The notes beneath the pieces were generated by a model. The model had not been told where the DNA came from, ran no database searches, and was given only the letters and a program-made list of their open reading frames with translations. From Candidatus Vogelbacteria bacterium (GTDB taxonomy: Bacteria; Patescibacteriota; Minisyncoccia; Phycocordibacterales; XYD1-FULL-46-19): a stretch of DNA of 64,000 nt. The position numbers and the translations under genes were made by a program. Location of the stretch: positions 19,116-83,115 of the forward strand of contig CAIRHC010000011.1 in the NCBI GenBank assembly GCA_903878275.1. Reading direction: 5' to 3'. Of the stretch, positions 1 through 9,896 are shown piece by piece. Each line of letters opens with the position of its first letter. Position 1 is the first letter of the stretch.

Positions 1-226
1 AAAAAAGCATTCCGTGAATCAGATGCGAAAAAGTATAAGGATCAGCTACTCGTTGAGATTGCTCGCTACTCCAGATATTACCTTCCCATAAACCGAAGCG
101 CCCATCCGGACCAAGAGGTAGTCGTCCCATTAAAAATTCGATGGTTCCGGTAACTATAAAAATAAGACCGGAGATAATTATTATCCGATTATATTTTTTC
201 AAAAAAATAATAATCCTTTCTTTCAT
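1..226 (-). CDS. hypothetical small membrane protein, partial (start codon at 226, runs off the window start)
   Basis: Reverse-complement ATG at 224-226 opens an ORF reading MKERIIIFLKKYNRIIIISGLIFIVTG... with a hydrophobic N-terminal segment; it is not in the ORF track because there is no in-window stop. Confidence 0.3.
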   Translation of the reverse strand, partial: MKERIIIFLKKYNRIIIISGLIFIVTGTIEFLMGRLPLGPDGRFGLWEGNIWSSEQSQRVADPYTFSHLIHGMLF

Positions 227-320
227 CTTCCGCTCATTATAACTTATTTTTAAATTAAGAAAAAATCGGCACTTGCCGATTTTTTCTATAACTTATTTAA
301 AAAAAACGAGGTTGGACAAA

Positions 321-581
321 CTAAGACAAATGCTTTGAAACAAGCTTTGTCATTTCAAACATATTGACCCGTTCTTTGCCACCAAAAACTTCCTTCAACT
401 TAGCATCAGCAAGAATATCTCGCTTATTCTTTGGATCTTGCAGATCATTCTTCTTGATATAAACCCAGAGCTTTTTCACGACCTCTGATCGTGGCATAGG
501 CCCCTTACCTACAACTTCCGCTAGCTCATCACTAATGGTCATTGGCTTCATAAACGCTGAATTAACTTTTTTCTCTGCCAT
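321..581 (-). CDS. SWIB/MDM2 domain protein
   Basis: The 86-aa ORF has the pattern MKPMTISDELAEVVG...RSEVVKKLWVYIKKNDLQDPKNKRDI...KLKEVFG typical of bacterial SWIB-domain proteins. Confidence 0.65.
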   Translation of the reverse strand: MAEKKVNSAFMKPMTISDELAEVVGKGPMPRSEVVKKLWVYIKKNDLQDPKNKRDILADAKLKEVFGGKERVNMFEMTKLVSKHLS

Positions 582-745
582 ATATTTTTATGTTTAGGTT
601 AAAAATGTTCGGCCTTTTAATTAATAATTAGTAATAGCCTTATTATAGCAAACTACTCTAAAATACTCCACTACCGACACAAATTAAAGACCATAGCACT
701 CTTTCGAGCACTACGGTCTGATTGGATACGCCCCGCAACGAGCGC

Positions 746-1660
746 TTATAAGTTAAGCAGGTTGGTTGCTAGTGTCGCCGCACCAATAAAAGATTCGGCA
801 TCTTCGATTGCTTCCGGTGGTTCCGGCACAAGACGAAACGTCAACTTCGCTTCCCACGAGTGATTCATAAGGTGATTACGCATACTCGCCCGAATTGCTT
901 GCTCGATGCCCGGCAACCGCAAAGCGTGTTGGGCAAAAGTACCTTTCCAGACCACCGCCTGCAGATCCAAATTGAACTGCAAGATAGTCGCAAGGTGGAC
1001 ACCCATCGCCACAGCGATACCACCATAAACTTCTCTTGCCCATTTATCGCCAGACTGGTAAGCCCGGTCAAGAAAAGAGCAAGGGTTGCCAGACACCACG
1101 ATACCTAACGTTTGGGTTTCCATTACAACTCGCTGAATCGTGCTCAAACCACCGGCGACCGCTTCGATACATCCACGCATACCGCAACCACACAGCCTGG
1201 CATAGGGCGAAAAATCGACCATGGTATGCCCGCCTTCCGAGGCAGACACAATACCAAAGCCTTTCCGGTACAACCGTTCACCGATACCCGAACTCCATGT
1301 CGCGCCGAGAAAAAACGAAAGCTCGGGAAAGAGCTCTGCCATCCCCGTCACCGCTGTTTCCATATCATTGAAGACAAATGCCGGCTGACCACAATATTTC
1401 GTGACCGTTGATGCCAGTCTCTCACCATCAAGCCAGTGAACGTTTGGCGAATTCACGATCAAGTCGTAAGCCTCGATCACACCCGCCGACGAAAACGCCA
1501 CAGCCTTGGTTTCAATCGGAAGATTTTGGGTGGCAAACTCCACCAGCCTTTCTAAACAATAAAGCTGATTTTGAGGAACAACAACAATGTCGATTTTCTT
1601 ACCTTCGACATCAGCTCGACGGACACCTTTTCCGCCGATCTCAATAACCCGAATCGACAT
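746..1660 (-). CDS. ROK family sugar kinase or regulator (glucokinase-like)
   Basis: The ROK signature CGCGMRGCIEAVAGG (C-x-C-G-x2-G-C-x-E) is present and the size is about 300 aa. Confidence 0.75.
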   Translation of the reverse strand: MSIRVIEIGGKGVRRADVEGKKIDIVVVPQNQLYCLERLVEFATQNLPIETKAVAFSSAGVIEAYDLIVNSPNVHWLDGERLASTVTKYCGQPAFVFNDMETAVTGMAELFPELSFFLGATWSSGIGERLYRKGFGIVSASEGGHTMVDFSPYARLCGCGMRGCIEAVAGGLSTIQRVVMETQTLGIVVSGNPCSFLDRAYQSGDKWAREVYGGIAVAMGVHLATILQFNLDLQAVVWKGTFAQHALRLPGIEQAIRASMRNHLMNHSWEAKLTFRLVPEPPEAIEDAESFIGAATLATNLLNL

Positions 1661-1799
1661 AACAACCTCCTTTTATTTCTAAGAACAAAGCGATACGACC
1701 ACCGTACCAGTGCTGGCACCATTGCCAATTTAGTATCTACCAAAAAGACTACTGATAAAGTAGGTTTGTGTCAAACAAAAATAAAAACAAAGAGTTTTT

Positions 1800-2828
1800 C
1801 TATTTTATTATTATCTCACTATAAATATCGAGAAGGACAAACAGTAAACAAACCACCAACGGTCCAAGGATAAAGCCAATTGGGCCAAAAAAACTAATCC
1901 CACCAAAAACCGAAAGTAAAATCAAAAGTGGATGAAGCCCAACCCCCTTGCCGACGAACTTTGGTCCCAAAAAATTATCAATCAAGCCAACCGCCAAAAT
2001 TCCCCACAACAACATCCCGAAAGCATTTAAAGTTTGACCAACAAGATAAAGATAAATAATCGCTGGTGCTAAAACTAAGGCCGTACCTATTCCGGGAATA
2101 AGAGCACCGATTATCCCAAGCGATCCCCACATTATCGGATTTGGGACGCCAAATAAAGCAAATCCGATCGAACAAGAAATTCCCTGTAAGACCGCCACGA
2201 ACAAACTGCCCTTAACCACCGAGCCAATTGCCAGAGTTATTTTTTTAATAATCATTTCGCCATCTTCACGGTTGAGCGGGCTAAGATCCATAATTTTTTG
2301 TTTCAGCCGACCACCATCTTTAAGTAAAAAGAAAAATGCCATCAAGAAAATAAACAGGCTCACAAACATTTTTGCCAGATTGGAAAAAACCGTGCCCAAA
2401 TTTTGAACAAAGAAAATTAAAATATTTTTTAGGTATTGCTCGATATCGACGGAAAAGTTGCCGAGCATCGGTAAAAATTCGTTTAGCTTCTGATTGAGGT
2501 TTGGCCAAAGATCCATTAAGTATTGGACATTAAAACCACCAGCCAAACTAAAATAAAACCCTTCAGCCTCTCGGAAAATTTGAAAACCTAAAAAGACTAG
2601 CGGGGCAATAATAAAGATAATTAAAACTAAAATAGTCAGCGTAGACGCTAGCCACTCTTGCCCTCGAACTCGCCGAAGAATCTGCCGATAAAGTGGTTGA
2701 AAAATGAGAGCAAAAACCACCGCCAAAATTAACGGGTAAAGAAAAGGACGAAGCACAAAAAAAGTGAGGATTATCGCTAGACCCAGAAATGCCAATAGAG
2801 AGTACAATCTCAAATTTTCTTTTTGCAT
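1800..2828 (-). CDS. AI-2E family (PerM/YhhT-like) integral membrane transporter
   Basis: 342 aa with about eight hydrophobic segments and a layout typical of the UPF0118/AI-2E family. Confidence 0.5.
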   Translation of the reverse strand: MQKENLRLYSLLAFLGLAIILTFFVLRPFLYPLILAVVFALIFQPLYRQILRRVRGQEWLASTLTILVLIIFIIAPLVFLGFQIFREAEGFYFSLAGGFNVQYLMDLWPNLNQKLNEFLPMLGNFSVDIEQYLKNILIFFVQNLGTVFSNLAKMFVSLFIFLMAFFFLLKDGGRLKQKIMDLSPLNREDGEMIIKKITLAIGSVVKGSLFVAVLQGISCSIGFALFGVPNPIMWGSLGIIGALIPGIGTALVLAPAIIYLYLVGQTLNAFGMLLWGILAVGLIDNFLGPKFVGKGVGLHPLLILLSVFGGISFFGPIGFILGPLVVCLLFVLLDIYSEIIIK

Positions 2829-2876
2829 TAGTTCAATTATAGCAGAAAGAAAATAAAAAAATAAATACTAGGCGAT

Positions 2877-4325
2877 TTATTTTTCTAAATCAAGAGTATT
2901 GTCAATACGAATTTTAGCGACAAATTCTGGCACGTGGCTGACTAGCACCATTGCTCCCTGATATTTATTTAGAGCTTCGGCAATTATCGGCAAATGACGA
3001 AAATTTATATGATTGGTCGGCTCATCCAAAATCAACAATCCGGGCTTCTGCAAAACCAAACGCGCGAAAGCCACCAAACCTTTTTGACCTTCCGACAAAT
3101 TACCAATTTTTTTATACACCAAATCGCCAGTGATTAAAAAGCTTGCCGCTGTCGCTCGTAATTTTTCTTCAATTTGTTCATCCATCACCGCTGACAAAGA
3201 TTGAAAAACCGTATCGTCAAAATTCAAAGTAGAAAAATCTTGACGGTAATAACCGACGCGAACCCCTGAAGCAATGACCGAGCCTTTCGCCTGATCATTC
3301 GCTAGAGCTTCGAGCAAAGTACTTTTGCCAATGCCGTTAGGACCAGACAAAAGTAAGTGTTGATTTTTCTTCAACGAAATATCGGTTTTTCTGGTCACTG
3401 GTTTGTGGTTTTTAATAACCGTAAAAGAAGAAATATTTAAAATTTCACCAGACAAATCTTCTTGAGCTGGAATAATAAACGGTCGAATCGTTTTGTCTTC
3501 GCGTCGAATATCCGCTTTTGATTCTTCCATCTCGTCCGCCAAATCACGCATTCTTTTCGCCAAGATTCGCATTTTTCCTCCCTTGTTGGCAAAAAAGTTG
3601 GCTTTATCTTTTTTCTCCTGAATGGTTTTAGACAGCTGGGCATTTTTAGCATTATCTTTTTCAATCTTGGCGGTGATTTGTTTTACGACATCAAAATAAT
3701 TGCCCGCATACTGCTCGACTTTTCTGGTAAAAACATCAAGATATAAAATGCCATCAGTGAAAGCATTTAGGAAATCGGCGTCGTGCGAAATGACGATGCA
3801 AGTTTTTTTGTAGTCTTTTAAAAATTTCGTCAGGTGTGCAATCCCCGCTTTGTCCAAATTATTTGTCGGCTCATCAAGAAGTAACAAATCAGGATCTTGA
3901 ATTAACGCCGAAGCTAAAAGTAAGCGCGCTTGTTGCCCACCAGAAAAAGATTTTACGATTCGATCGTGCGGGGCGTGCAAGTTGACCGCTTCTAAAATAT
4001 CATCGATCCGTGGATCAATGTCGTAAACTTTTTGTTTAAAACATTTTTGAAAAAATTCTCGCACCGTCAAATCCATTTGATCACGCGGAATAACTTGCTT
4101 CGCCGTCGCCACGGTAATTTTTTCAGACACGATAATTATGCCGGAATCTGGTTTTAAGGCTCCCGTCAAAAGCTGAAAAATTGTACTTTTCCCAGCGCCG
4201 TTTTGACCCATTAAAGTAATCTTGGTTCCCTGTTTAGCCGAAAAATCCACCTCGTCCAAAATCGGATGATTGTGACCGTAACCAAAAGATACCTCGTCAA
4301 ATTTTATAATTGATTCATTTGCCAT
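2877..4325 (-). CDS. ABC-F family ATPase (tandem ABC domains, no transmembrane domain)
   Basis: Two Walker A motifs (GQNGAGKST, GPNGIGKST) and two ABC signatures (LSGGQQ, LSEGQKG); the likely start is the internal Met of MANESIIKFDEV. Confidence 0.85.
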   Translation of the reverse strand: MANESIIKFDEVSFGYGHNHPILDEVDFSAKQGTKITLMGQNGAGKSTIFQLLTGALKPDSGIIIVSEKITVATAKQVIPRDQMDLTVREFFQKCFKQKVYDIDPRIDDILEAVNLHAPHDRIVKSFSGGQQARLLLASALIQDPDLLLLDEPTNNLDKAGIAHLTKFLKDYKKTCIVISHDADFLNAFTDGILYLDVFTRKVEQYAGNYFDVVKQITAKIEKDNAKNAQLSKTIQEKKDKANFFANKGGKMRILAKRMRDLADEMEESKADIRREDKTIRPFIIPAQEDLSGEILNISSFTVIKNHKPVTRKTDISLKKNQHLLLSGPNGIGKSTLLEALANDQAKGSVIASGVRVGYYRQDFSTLNFDDTVFQSLSAVMDEQIEEKLRATAASFLITGDLVYKKIGNLSEGQKGLVAFARLVLQKPGLLILDEPTNHINFRHLPIIAEALNKYQGAMVLVSHVPEFVAKIRIDNTLDLEK

Positions 4326-4427
4326 AAGTTTAAAACTAAACAAAAATACGCTCCTTTTGAGCGATTTTCCTAGCATTGCTATTGTAACACGATTTTAAAA
4401 AAATTGACAGGTTAAATTTTCCTCATC

Positions 4428-5357
4428 TTATCTTCTTGATTCAAAGAAATTTTCTAAAGCTTGAGCTGTCGAAGAAGCCGCTTTGTCAATAAAAATATCT
4501 CGGGTCGTCGTACTCTGCATAAAATCCTCATAAATATATGAATATTCCGTAAGCACGCTTAAAGAATCGGCGGTATTGTATCGTCCTAAAGCAATCAATT
4601 CTTGATCTTCAATTATTCCCCCACTTTCTTTTTTCATCGTACTTATTTTTTGGATCTTCAACATTTCTATTAGTATATCCTTCGCCAAAATTTTACTTGA
4701 AATCGAATTAGAATATTGTTTTTCTGGCACATAAATCGAAAAGCCTTCATAATTTGGCTTGTCTTTATATTTCGGATTATCATTGAAATGAAGATGCAAG
4801 GTCACGTCCACACCGTTTTCGCTCGCCCATTTATTTATACCAAACAAAAAAGTTGCCGCTTCTGGTGCCGCTGTCGCATGACCCATTTCCGCTTCGACGA
4901 TGGTAAATTTGCCGTCATCCACCAAACCCAGCATTTCTTTTTTTCGATCTTTTACCCAAGCATCAATTTCTTTTTTATTATTATCAACATAACTCTTCAA
5001 TTCCGGATTCCAACCATTTTCATCTCTTGACATCACCACTTCAAACCGCGGATTTTGCGCTAAGATATTTTTTAGCTTTTCGCCCAACTGCAAATTTAAA
5101 GTTCGCTCTTTTAGATTTTTGTACCTCGCTCCACCATCTCTTGGCTCGTGTCCGGGCACAATTAAAATCTTAATTTTCCCGCCCGGTTTCGCTTGGTCAT
5201 ATTTGAAAACCAAATCTTTGACCGATACACCGATCGAGAAAAAGGCGGCTGCCAGATTATTCGCCTTATAAAAAGACGAGACAATAATATTTTTTGAGCC
5301 ATACAAAAAACCCAAACAAATTACGATAAAAATTCCAATAATAATTTTATTTTTCAT
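4428..5357 (-). CDS. N-acetylmuramoyl-L-alanine amidase-like protein (Amidase_3 family), membrane anchored
   Basis: N-terminal transmembrane segment followed by ILIVPGHEPRDGGA and HLHFND, matching the H/E/H zinc-ligand layout of CwlD-type amidases; the C-terminal VLTEYSYI resembles the amidase_3 C-terminal motif. Confidence 0.5.
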   Translation of the reverse strand: MKNKIIIGIFIVICLGFLYGSKNIIVSSFYKANNLAAAFFSIGVSVKDLVFKYDQAKPGGKIKILIVPGHEPRDGGARYKNLKERTLNLQLGEKLKNILAQNPRFEVVMSRDENGWNPELKSYVDNNKKEIDAWVKDRKKEMLGLVDDGKFTIVEAEMGHATAAPEAATFLFGINKWASENGVDVTLHLHFNDNPKYKDKPNYEGFSIYVPEKQYSNSISSKILAKDILIEMLKIQKISTMKKESGGIIEDQELIALGRYNTADSLSVLTEYSYIYEDFMQSTTTRDIFIDKAASSTAQALENFFESRR

Positions 5358-5890
5358 TAAAAATCACTCGGACAAATATTTGTACAATCAATCCTTGGCT
5401 CTTCAGAAAAGCATCCGTAACCGCAAGCACAATTTGTGTAATAAGGTTTCTGTCCTGGCGGGCAACTCATTGTAGCAGAATTGACGTTTTGGGTTGATGT
5501 CGATCTTGAGACTGGGGTTGAAGTTGCTTGCACATTAATATTCCCCACAACAACGCAGTCAGCAAAGGTCGTCGTACTGACTTCATCAACAAAAGCTGTA
5601 TCCCCTTTATTCCAAAACACAAACGATTCATCGGCATTGGCATAGCGAGCACCTGAAGCTGAAATAGCTTGAGGCAAAAGAATCTTCCGACCATCACTAA
5701 GTGACAGCGCCACCTGATCTTTGAAAAATGCCGCTTGAATAGACTTACCCGCCGCACAATTAAAATTTGCCGAATTTATAACATTTTTAACATCCAACAC
5801 TGGAGCCGAGGGGTTAGATTTTTGATAAAAATAAAAAGCACCACCAGCGACAACAACCAAAACAACAACGATTATTAAAAAATTTTTCAT
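5357..5890 (-). CDS. MliC-like (membrane-bound lysozyme inhibitor of C-type lysozyme) domain protein with a Cys-rich C-terminal tail
   Basis: N-terminal transmembrane segment then SASGARYANADESFVFWNKGDTAFV, resembling the MliC core; the C-terminal MSCPPGQKPYYTNCACGYGCFSEEPRIDCTNICPSDF is cysteine-rich. Its stop overlaps the start codon of the amidase-like gene (TAATG). Confidence 0.5.
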   Translation of the reverse strand: MKNFLIIVVVLVVVAGGAFYFYQKSNPSAPVLDVKNVINSANFNCAAGKSIQAAFFKDQVALSLSDGRKILLPQAISASGARYANADESFVFWNKGDTAFVDEVSTTTFADCVVVGNINVQATSTPVSRSTSTQNVNSATMSCPPGQKPYYTNCACGYGCFSEEPRIDCTNICPSDF

Positions 5891-5986
5891 AGGTTTATTT
5901 TTTATTAAATAAATAATGAGATCATTGTACCTCAAAACTTCAGATTTTAAAATCCTTGTTTTTGCTCACCAGCCAGATTACCTAAT

Positions 5987-6310
5987 TTATTCCACCTCGA
6001 CCGCTGTGCCATAGCACAGCACTTCGGTGACACTTTGCATAAGTTCGGTCGTATCATAACGCACACCGACGATCGCGTTGGCGCCCATTTCTTCAGCGTG
6101 TTTAATCATCAGCTCAAAAGCTTCCTCGCGCGTCTTTTCACAAAGTTCGGTAAAGAGCGAGATATTCCCACCCAAAATAGTTTGGAGCGAACCGCCGATT
6201 GTTCCGATGATCGATCGCGACCGCACAACAATCCCCTTCACGACTCCTAAATTTTTAACAATCTTTTTCCCCGGCAATTCAAATGTTGTGGTGGTGTTTT
6301 GGTGATTCAT
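5987..6310 (-). CDS. ybjQ: YbjQ/UPF0145 family protein
   Basis: 107 aa with [11 protein letters not shown] and overall YbjQ-like architecture. Confidence 0.8.
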   Translation of the reverse strand: MNHQNTTTTFELPGKKIVKNLGVVKGIVVRSRSIIGTIGGSLQTILGGNISLFTELCEKTREEAFELMIKHAEEMGANAIVGVRYDTTELMQSVTEVLCYGTAVEVE

Positions 6311-6314
6311 ATTT

Positions 6315-6659
6315 TTATTTGTTGTTATCGTTATCAGGTTTTTTTAAATCTGCCATCTGGATGGGACTTTGAATTTGCGGGGTAACCATATTAATTTCGC
6401 CAAATTGTTTCTCGTAATTTTTAATTTGATCACCTACCCAAATAGCAATGCTTTTCATCATTTGTGGAGTTGTGGCAAAAGAATCCAGACTATTACCAGA
6501 AGTTAGCGCAAAAGAAAATAATTCTTTATTGAAAGCACCAAGAGCGCCATCGCAAAATTTTTTCGGCAGTTGATTAAAATCAATTTGTTTTGGATCAATC
6601 ATGATTTTTTTAAATTTTAGATTAGTTAATAAAAGGTTCTTACTTATACTAAAGTTCAA
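6315..6659 (-). CDS. hypothetical protein
   Basis: ORF only; the start may be the internal Met of MIDPKQ. Confidence 0.3.
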   Translation of the reverse strand: MNFSISKNLLLTNLKFKKIMIDPKQIDFNQLPKKFCDGALGAFNKELFSFALTSGNSLDSFATTPQMMKSIAIWVGDQIKNYEKQFGEINMVTPQIQSPIQMADLKKPDNDNNK

Positions 6660-6671
6660 TCTCCCGTTCTT

Positions 6672-7736
6672 TTATTCGCACACCACATAATGTAAATACT
6701 CTGTTGTTCTTTTCGCCGAATAATCCCTATTTTCTGTTTTATCTGCCTTAAAACGACCATAGTCCTTCGTAAAATACCCATATTTACCCCTCAAACTCAT
6801 CACCTCCTTAATGTCATCCAACGTCATTAATCCCTCATTATTGTAACTTAAAAAAATATATTTTACCTTTGCCTTTAAAATCAAATCTTTAAAAACGTTT
6901 TTTACTTGAGAGCTCGAACAATAGAGTGATTTTTGTTCTTGATAATCTCGCAAACCAGTTTTTCCGTGAATTTCCGGGCTATCATATTTAGCGATAGTTT
7001 CAAGCAAGTGATAATTTGTGGCGTACTGTCGGTGATTATACGGCGGATCTAAATACAGAATATCACCATCAACTTTTTCTAATAAATTATTTATATCTTC
7101 ATTAAAAACTTCATGATCTTGATCATTTATTATTAATTGGGCAGGTTTTAAAACTAAACTGTTTTGTGCTGTTTTCTTTAATTTTTTCAGAAAAGCACCA
7201 TAAACGGAAGCGGTGTTTGCATACTTATCAATTGATTCAAGCAGGCTCGTGATTAAAAAGAAGTATTCATTATCCGAAATTAGTTTTTCTGTTTTCCATT
7301 TTTCAATTTTCTGACGAATCGCATCACACCTCATACCATTTTCGTCTGAAAAATACTGTCGTTCTTCTTTATTTTTCGTTCCACCGACACAGTAATTTTT
7401 ATAAATAAATCCTTTTGTACCTTTTAAATCTGCTAAATAATTACAGACAAAATCTTTTTTGTTTGCTAGCTCAATATTTTTCAATTCAGGAATTTCTTTT
7501 ATTAAATTAGAAAATTTTAATTGTTTGTGGTTGCCAATATAGTGTCTATTTAAAACATAACTGTAATACTGAATATCATTTGCGACAATTTTATAGCCTT
7601 TCTTTTTAAAATACCGCCCAACAATTCCGGTACCAGCAAATAAATCGCAAAAAGTATCGCAGTTTTTATCAACCACTTTATTTATTGATTCTTCCAAAAA
7701 TTCCAACAATGATAATTTACTACCGATGTAGTTCAT
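6672..7736 (-). CDS. DNA N6-adenine methyltransferase (D12/alpha class, Dam-like)
   Basis: N-terminal Y-x-G-S-K motif (MNYIGSK), FAGTG (motif I) and DPPY (motif IV) in the alpha-class order. Confidence 0.8.
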   Translation of the reverse strand: MNYIGSKLSLLEFLEESINKVVDKNCDTFCDLFAGTGIVGRYFKKKGYKIVANDIQYYSYVLNRHYIGNHKQLKFSNLIKEIPELKNIELANKKDFVCNYLADLKGTKGFIYKNYCVGGTKNKEERQYFSDENGMRCDAIRQKIEKWKTEKLISDNEYFFLITSLLESIDKYANTASVYGAFLKKLKKTAQNSLVLKPAQLIINDQDHEVFNEDINNLLEKVDGDILYLDPPYNHRQYATNYHLLETIAKYDSPEIHGKTGLRDYQEQKSLYCSSSQVKNVFKDLILKAKVKYIFLSYNNEGLMTLDDIKEVMSLRGKYGYFTKDYGRFKADKTENRDYSAKRTTEYLHYVVCE

Positions 7737-7804
7737 ATCTTGATTATAACATACTTGAGGTAAAATCTATGTCCAAACTTAAGCTTTTATGATAAGATTT
7801 TTCT

Positions 7805-8536
7805 ATGTTAAATAATGAACAAATAGGTGTGTCCGCGGAAATTTCAATTGCAGATATTTTTAATATTTCTATAAGTGATAACTATCGTAATCGTGGAGTA
7901 CAAAATGTTACAAATACCATTAAACCCATTATTACTAATATTTTTCAGATGAATAGTATTCCATTACCGATAAGACACGTTGCTGAAAATCAAAATACAA
8001 TTGATTTTATCCTTGAAAACAACAAGACTTTATCCGTAAAAACCAACAAACAAAAATTAGGTAAAGCCGCGCCACAAAAAATTGGTCAAGCATCATCAAA
8101 TACTTGGTTTGCAATTTTAGCAGAACGCTTAGGTATAGCATACATACCAACCGCTTATCCTGAAAAAGTCAAACTTTTTAAAATAATTGCACTAACAAGA
8201 ATCGAAGAATTACTTGCTATTTATTGGGAGTATATGTTTGATTGTGATTTTTTGATCCATATTTTTAATATAGTTGATTCTAGCGATGTACCCACTAATG
8301 ATCCAAAATACATAGTAATCAAAAAAACCAGTAGCCCTATTTGGGATCCTACAAAAATTACATTTACAAAAGCAACAGTTTCTGAATGGAATGAAAGCAA
8401 CACGGTAAAATACGAATATGACGGCGTGGTAATAGGTGAATTCCAAGTTCACAACAATAGAGATAATTTCAAATTTCGTTTCAATATGGCTGGAATTTTC
8501 AAATTGATAACAGAAGACCGTCTTAACTTTTCTTAA
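7805..8536 (+). CDS. putative type II restriction endonuclease (called from context only)
   Basis: A 243-aa ORF of no recognisable family sits between two DNA methyltransferase genes; a divergent promoter region is shared with the upstream MTase. Confidence 0.35.
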   Translation: MLNNEQIGVSAEISIADIFNISISDNYRNRGVQNVTNTIKPIITNIFQMNSIPLPIRHVAENQNTIDFILENNKTLSVKTNKQKLGKAAPQKIGQASSNTWFAILAERLGIAYIPTAYPEKVKLFKIIALTRIEELLAIYWEYMFDCDFLIHIFNIVDSSDVPTNDPKYIVIKKTSSPIWDPTKITFTKATVSEWNESNTVKYEYDGVVIGEFQVHNNRDNFKFRFNMAGIFKLITEDRLNFS

Positions 8537-9308
8537 AAATCATTATGTACTCATGTTTAAATATGTAGTAATCACTTGATAATGCTCGATACCGCCAAAT
8601 ACCTTCTTTATTTTGCTTTGCCCGGTTACCTTCCATATTCTTGATTATAATACTTTTTAGAGTAAGTCCTAATTTTTGTGCTTCATTCATACAGTAAAAT
8701 CCAAGCGGTATCCATTGCCCAGCGGTGTATTTATCACCAATAATAATTGCTAAATATCTGTCCTTTTCTAAAATAGATATAGTGTTTTTAAGAACCAAAC
8801 TAAAACCATATAAAAATTCCTCCAAGGATTTTTCGTTTGATAAATCGTCTTTTAGATCACTAAATTTTATAATATCAGCATAAGGTGGATGCAAAATTGC
8901 TAAACTAACATTATTCTTTTTTTGTTTTTTTAGAATTTCGTTCACCTTATAAAAAGTGGTATCTTTTGAGCTGTCTCCCGAGATCATTTCTGAAAAATAT
9001 TCTTTATTATCAACCTTTGTTTTTAACTTTTCGATTAGGTCTTTTTGAATATCAACGCCAATAAAATGCCTGCCAAGAGTTTCAGCCTCAAAAGCAGTTG
9101 TTCCGCTTCCAACAAATGGGTCAAAAACAACTTCGTTTTTCTTGGTATATCTTAAGATTAGCTGGTGTGGTATTTGGGGAATAAAATTGCCATGATAAAA
9201 ATTGCTATGCTTCCCAGACTTATCTCTCTCTTTAATAACCCAAAGACTATCAGTTAAAATTTCTGATTCTTTCCAATTTTCGAGATTTAAATCATTAAAA
9301 ACTGCCAT
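8523..9308 (-). CDS. DNA methyltransferase (N6-adenine or N4-cytosine, N6_N4_Mtase-like)
   Basis: FDPFVGSGTTAFEA (AdoMet motif I) and HPPY (catalytic motif IV) are present. Confidence 0.7.
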   Translation of the reverse strand: MAVFNDLNLENWKESEILTDSLWVIKERDKSGKHSNFYHGNFIPQIPHQLILRYTKKNEVVFDPFVGSGTTAFEAETLGRHFIGVDIQKDLIEKLKTKVDNKEYFSEMISGDSSKDTTFYKVNEILKKQKKNNVSLAILHPPYADIIKFSDLKDDLSNEKSLEEFLYGFSLVLKNTISILEKDRYLAIIIGDKYTAGQWIPLGFYCMNEAQKLGLTLKSIIIKNMEGNRAKQNKEGIWRYRALSSDYYIFKHEYIMIFKKS

Positions 9309-9569
9309 AATTGTTAATTCATTCTAACACTACCACCGCCAACAGCAAACAGGTTCATTCTTGCTGAACTTGTGTTTTAATAATTTAATAACTTGAGCTA
9401 TTTTTTACCCTCTTTGACTTTTTTGTAGATGATTATGACTAGACTTCTTATGAGGAAAATCCTCCCAAAAAGTAGCCGGATTTCCGCTAGTTGCTACCAA
9501 TTTAAGAGTGTAATATAATCGGGCTATATTAGGTTGTCGCTTATTATTAGTCTTAATTTCATAATTAAT

Positions 9570-9881
9570 ATGTCTAAAAATGTAATTTATATCGCAATTG
9601 TTGTTTTAGTTTTAATTTTGGTCGGTGCCGGCTGGTGGTTTATGAGCTCATCAAAAACCCCAGTTCCAGAACCAGTTGTCGCAACTAGCACACCTGCGAC
9701 CACGACTCCAGTTCAAGCTCCAATCAACCCGTCACCAGATATTAGCACCCCCACCGATAGTTCTGATGCTTCGCTTGAGCAAGATTTATCAGCTGTCGAT
9801 GTTCAATTAAAAAATCTCGACGCCGATTCGACGACGCTCGACCAAAGTTTGAAAAACCAAAAAGAGATTCCGATTCAATAA
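9570..9881 (+). CDS. hypothetical membrane-anchored protein with a Thr/Pro/Ser-rich low-complexity segment
   Basis: N-terminal hydrophobic segment followed by TSTPATTTPVQAPINPSPDISTPTDSS. Confidence 0.35.
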   Translation: MSKNVIYIAIVVLVLILVGAGWWFMSSSKTPVPEPVVATSTPATTTPVQAPINPSPDISTPTDSSDASLEQDLSAVDVQLKNLDADSTTLDQSLKNQKEIPIQ

Positions 9882-9896
9882 TAATTATTTAAAAAT

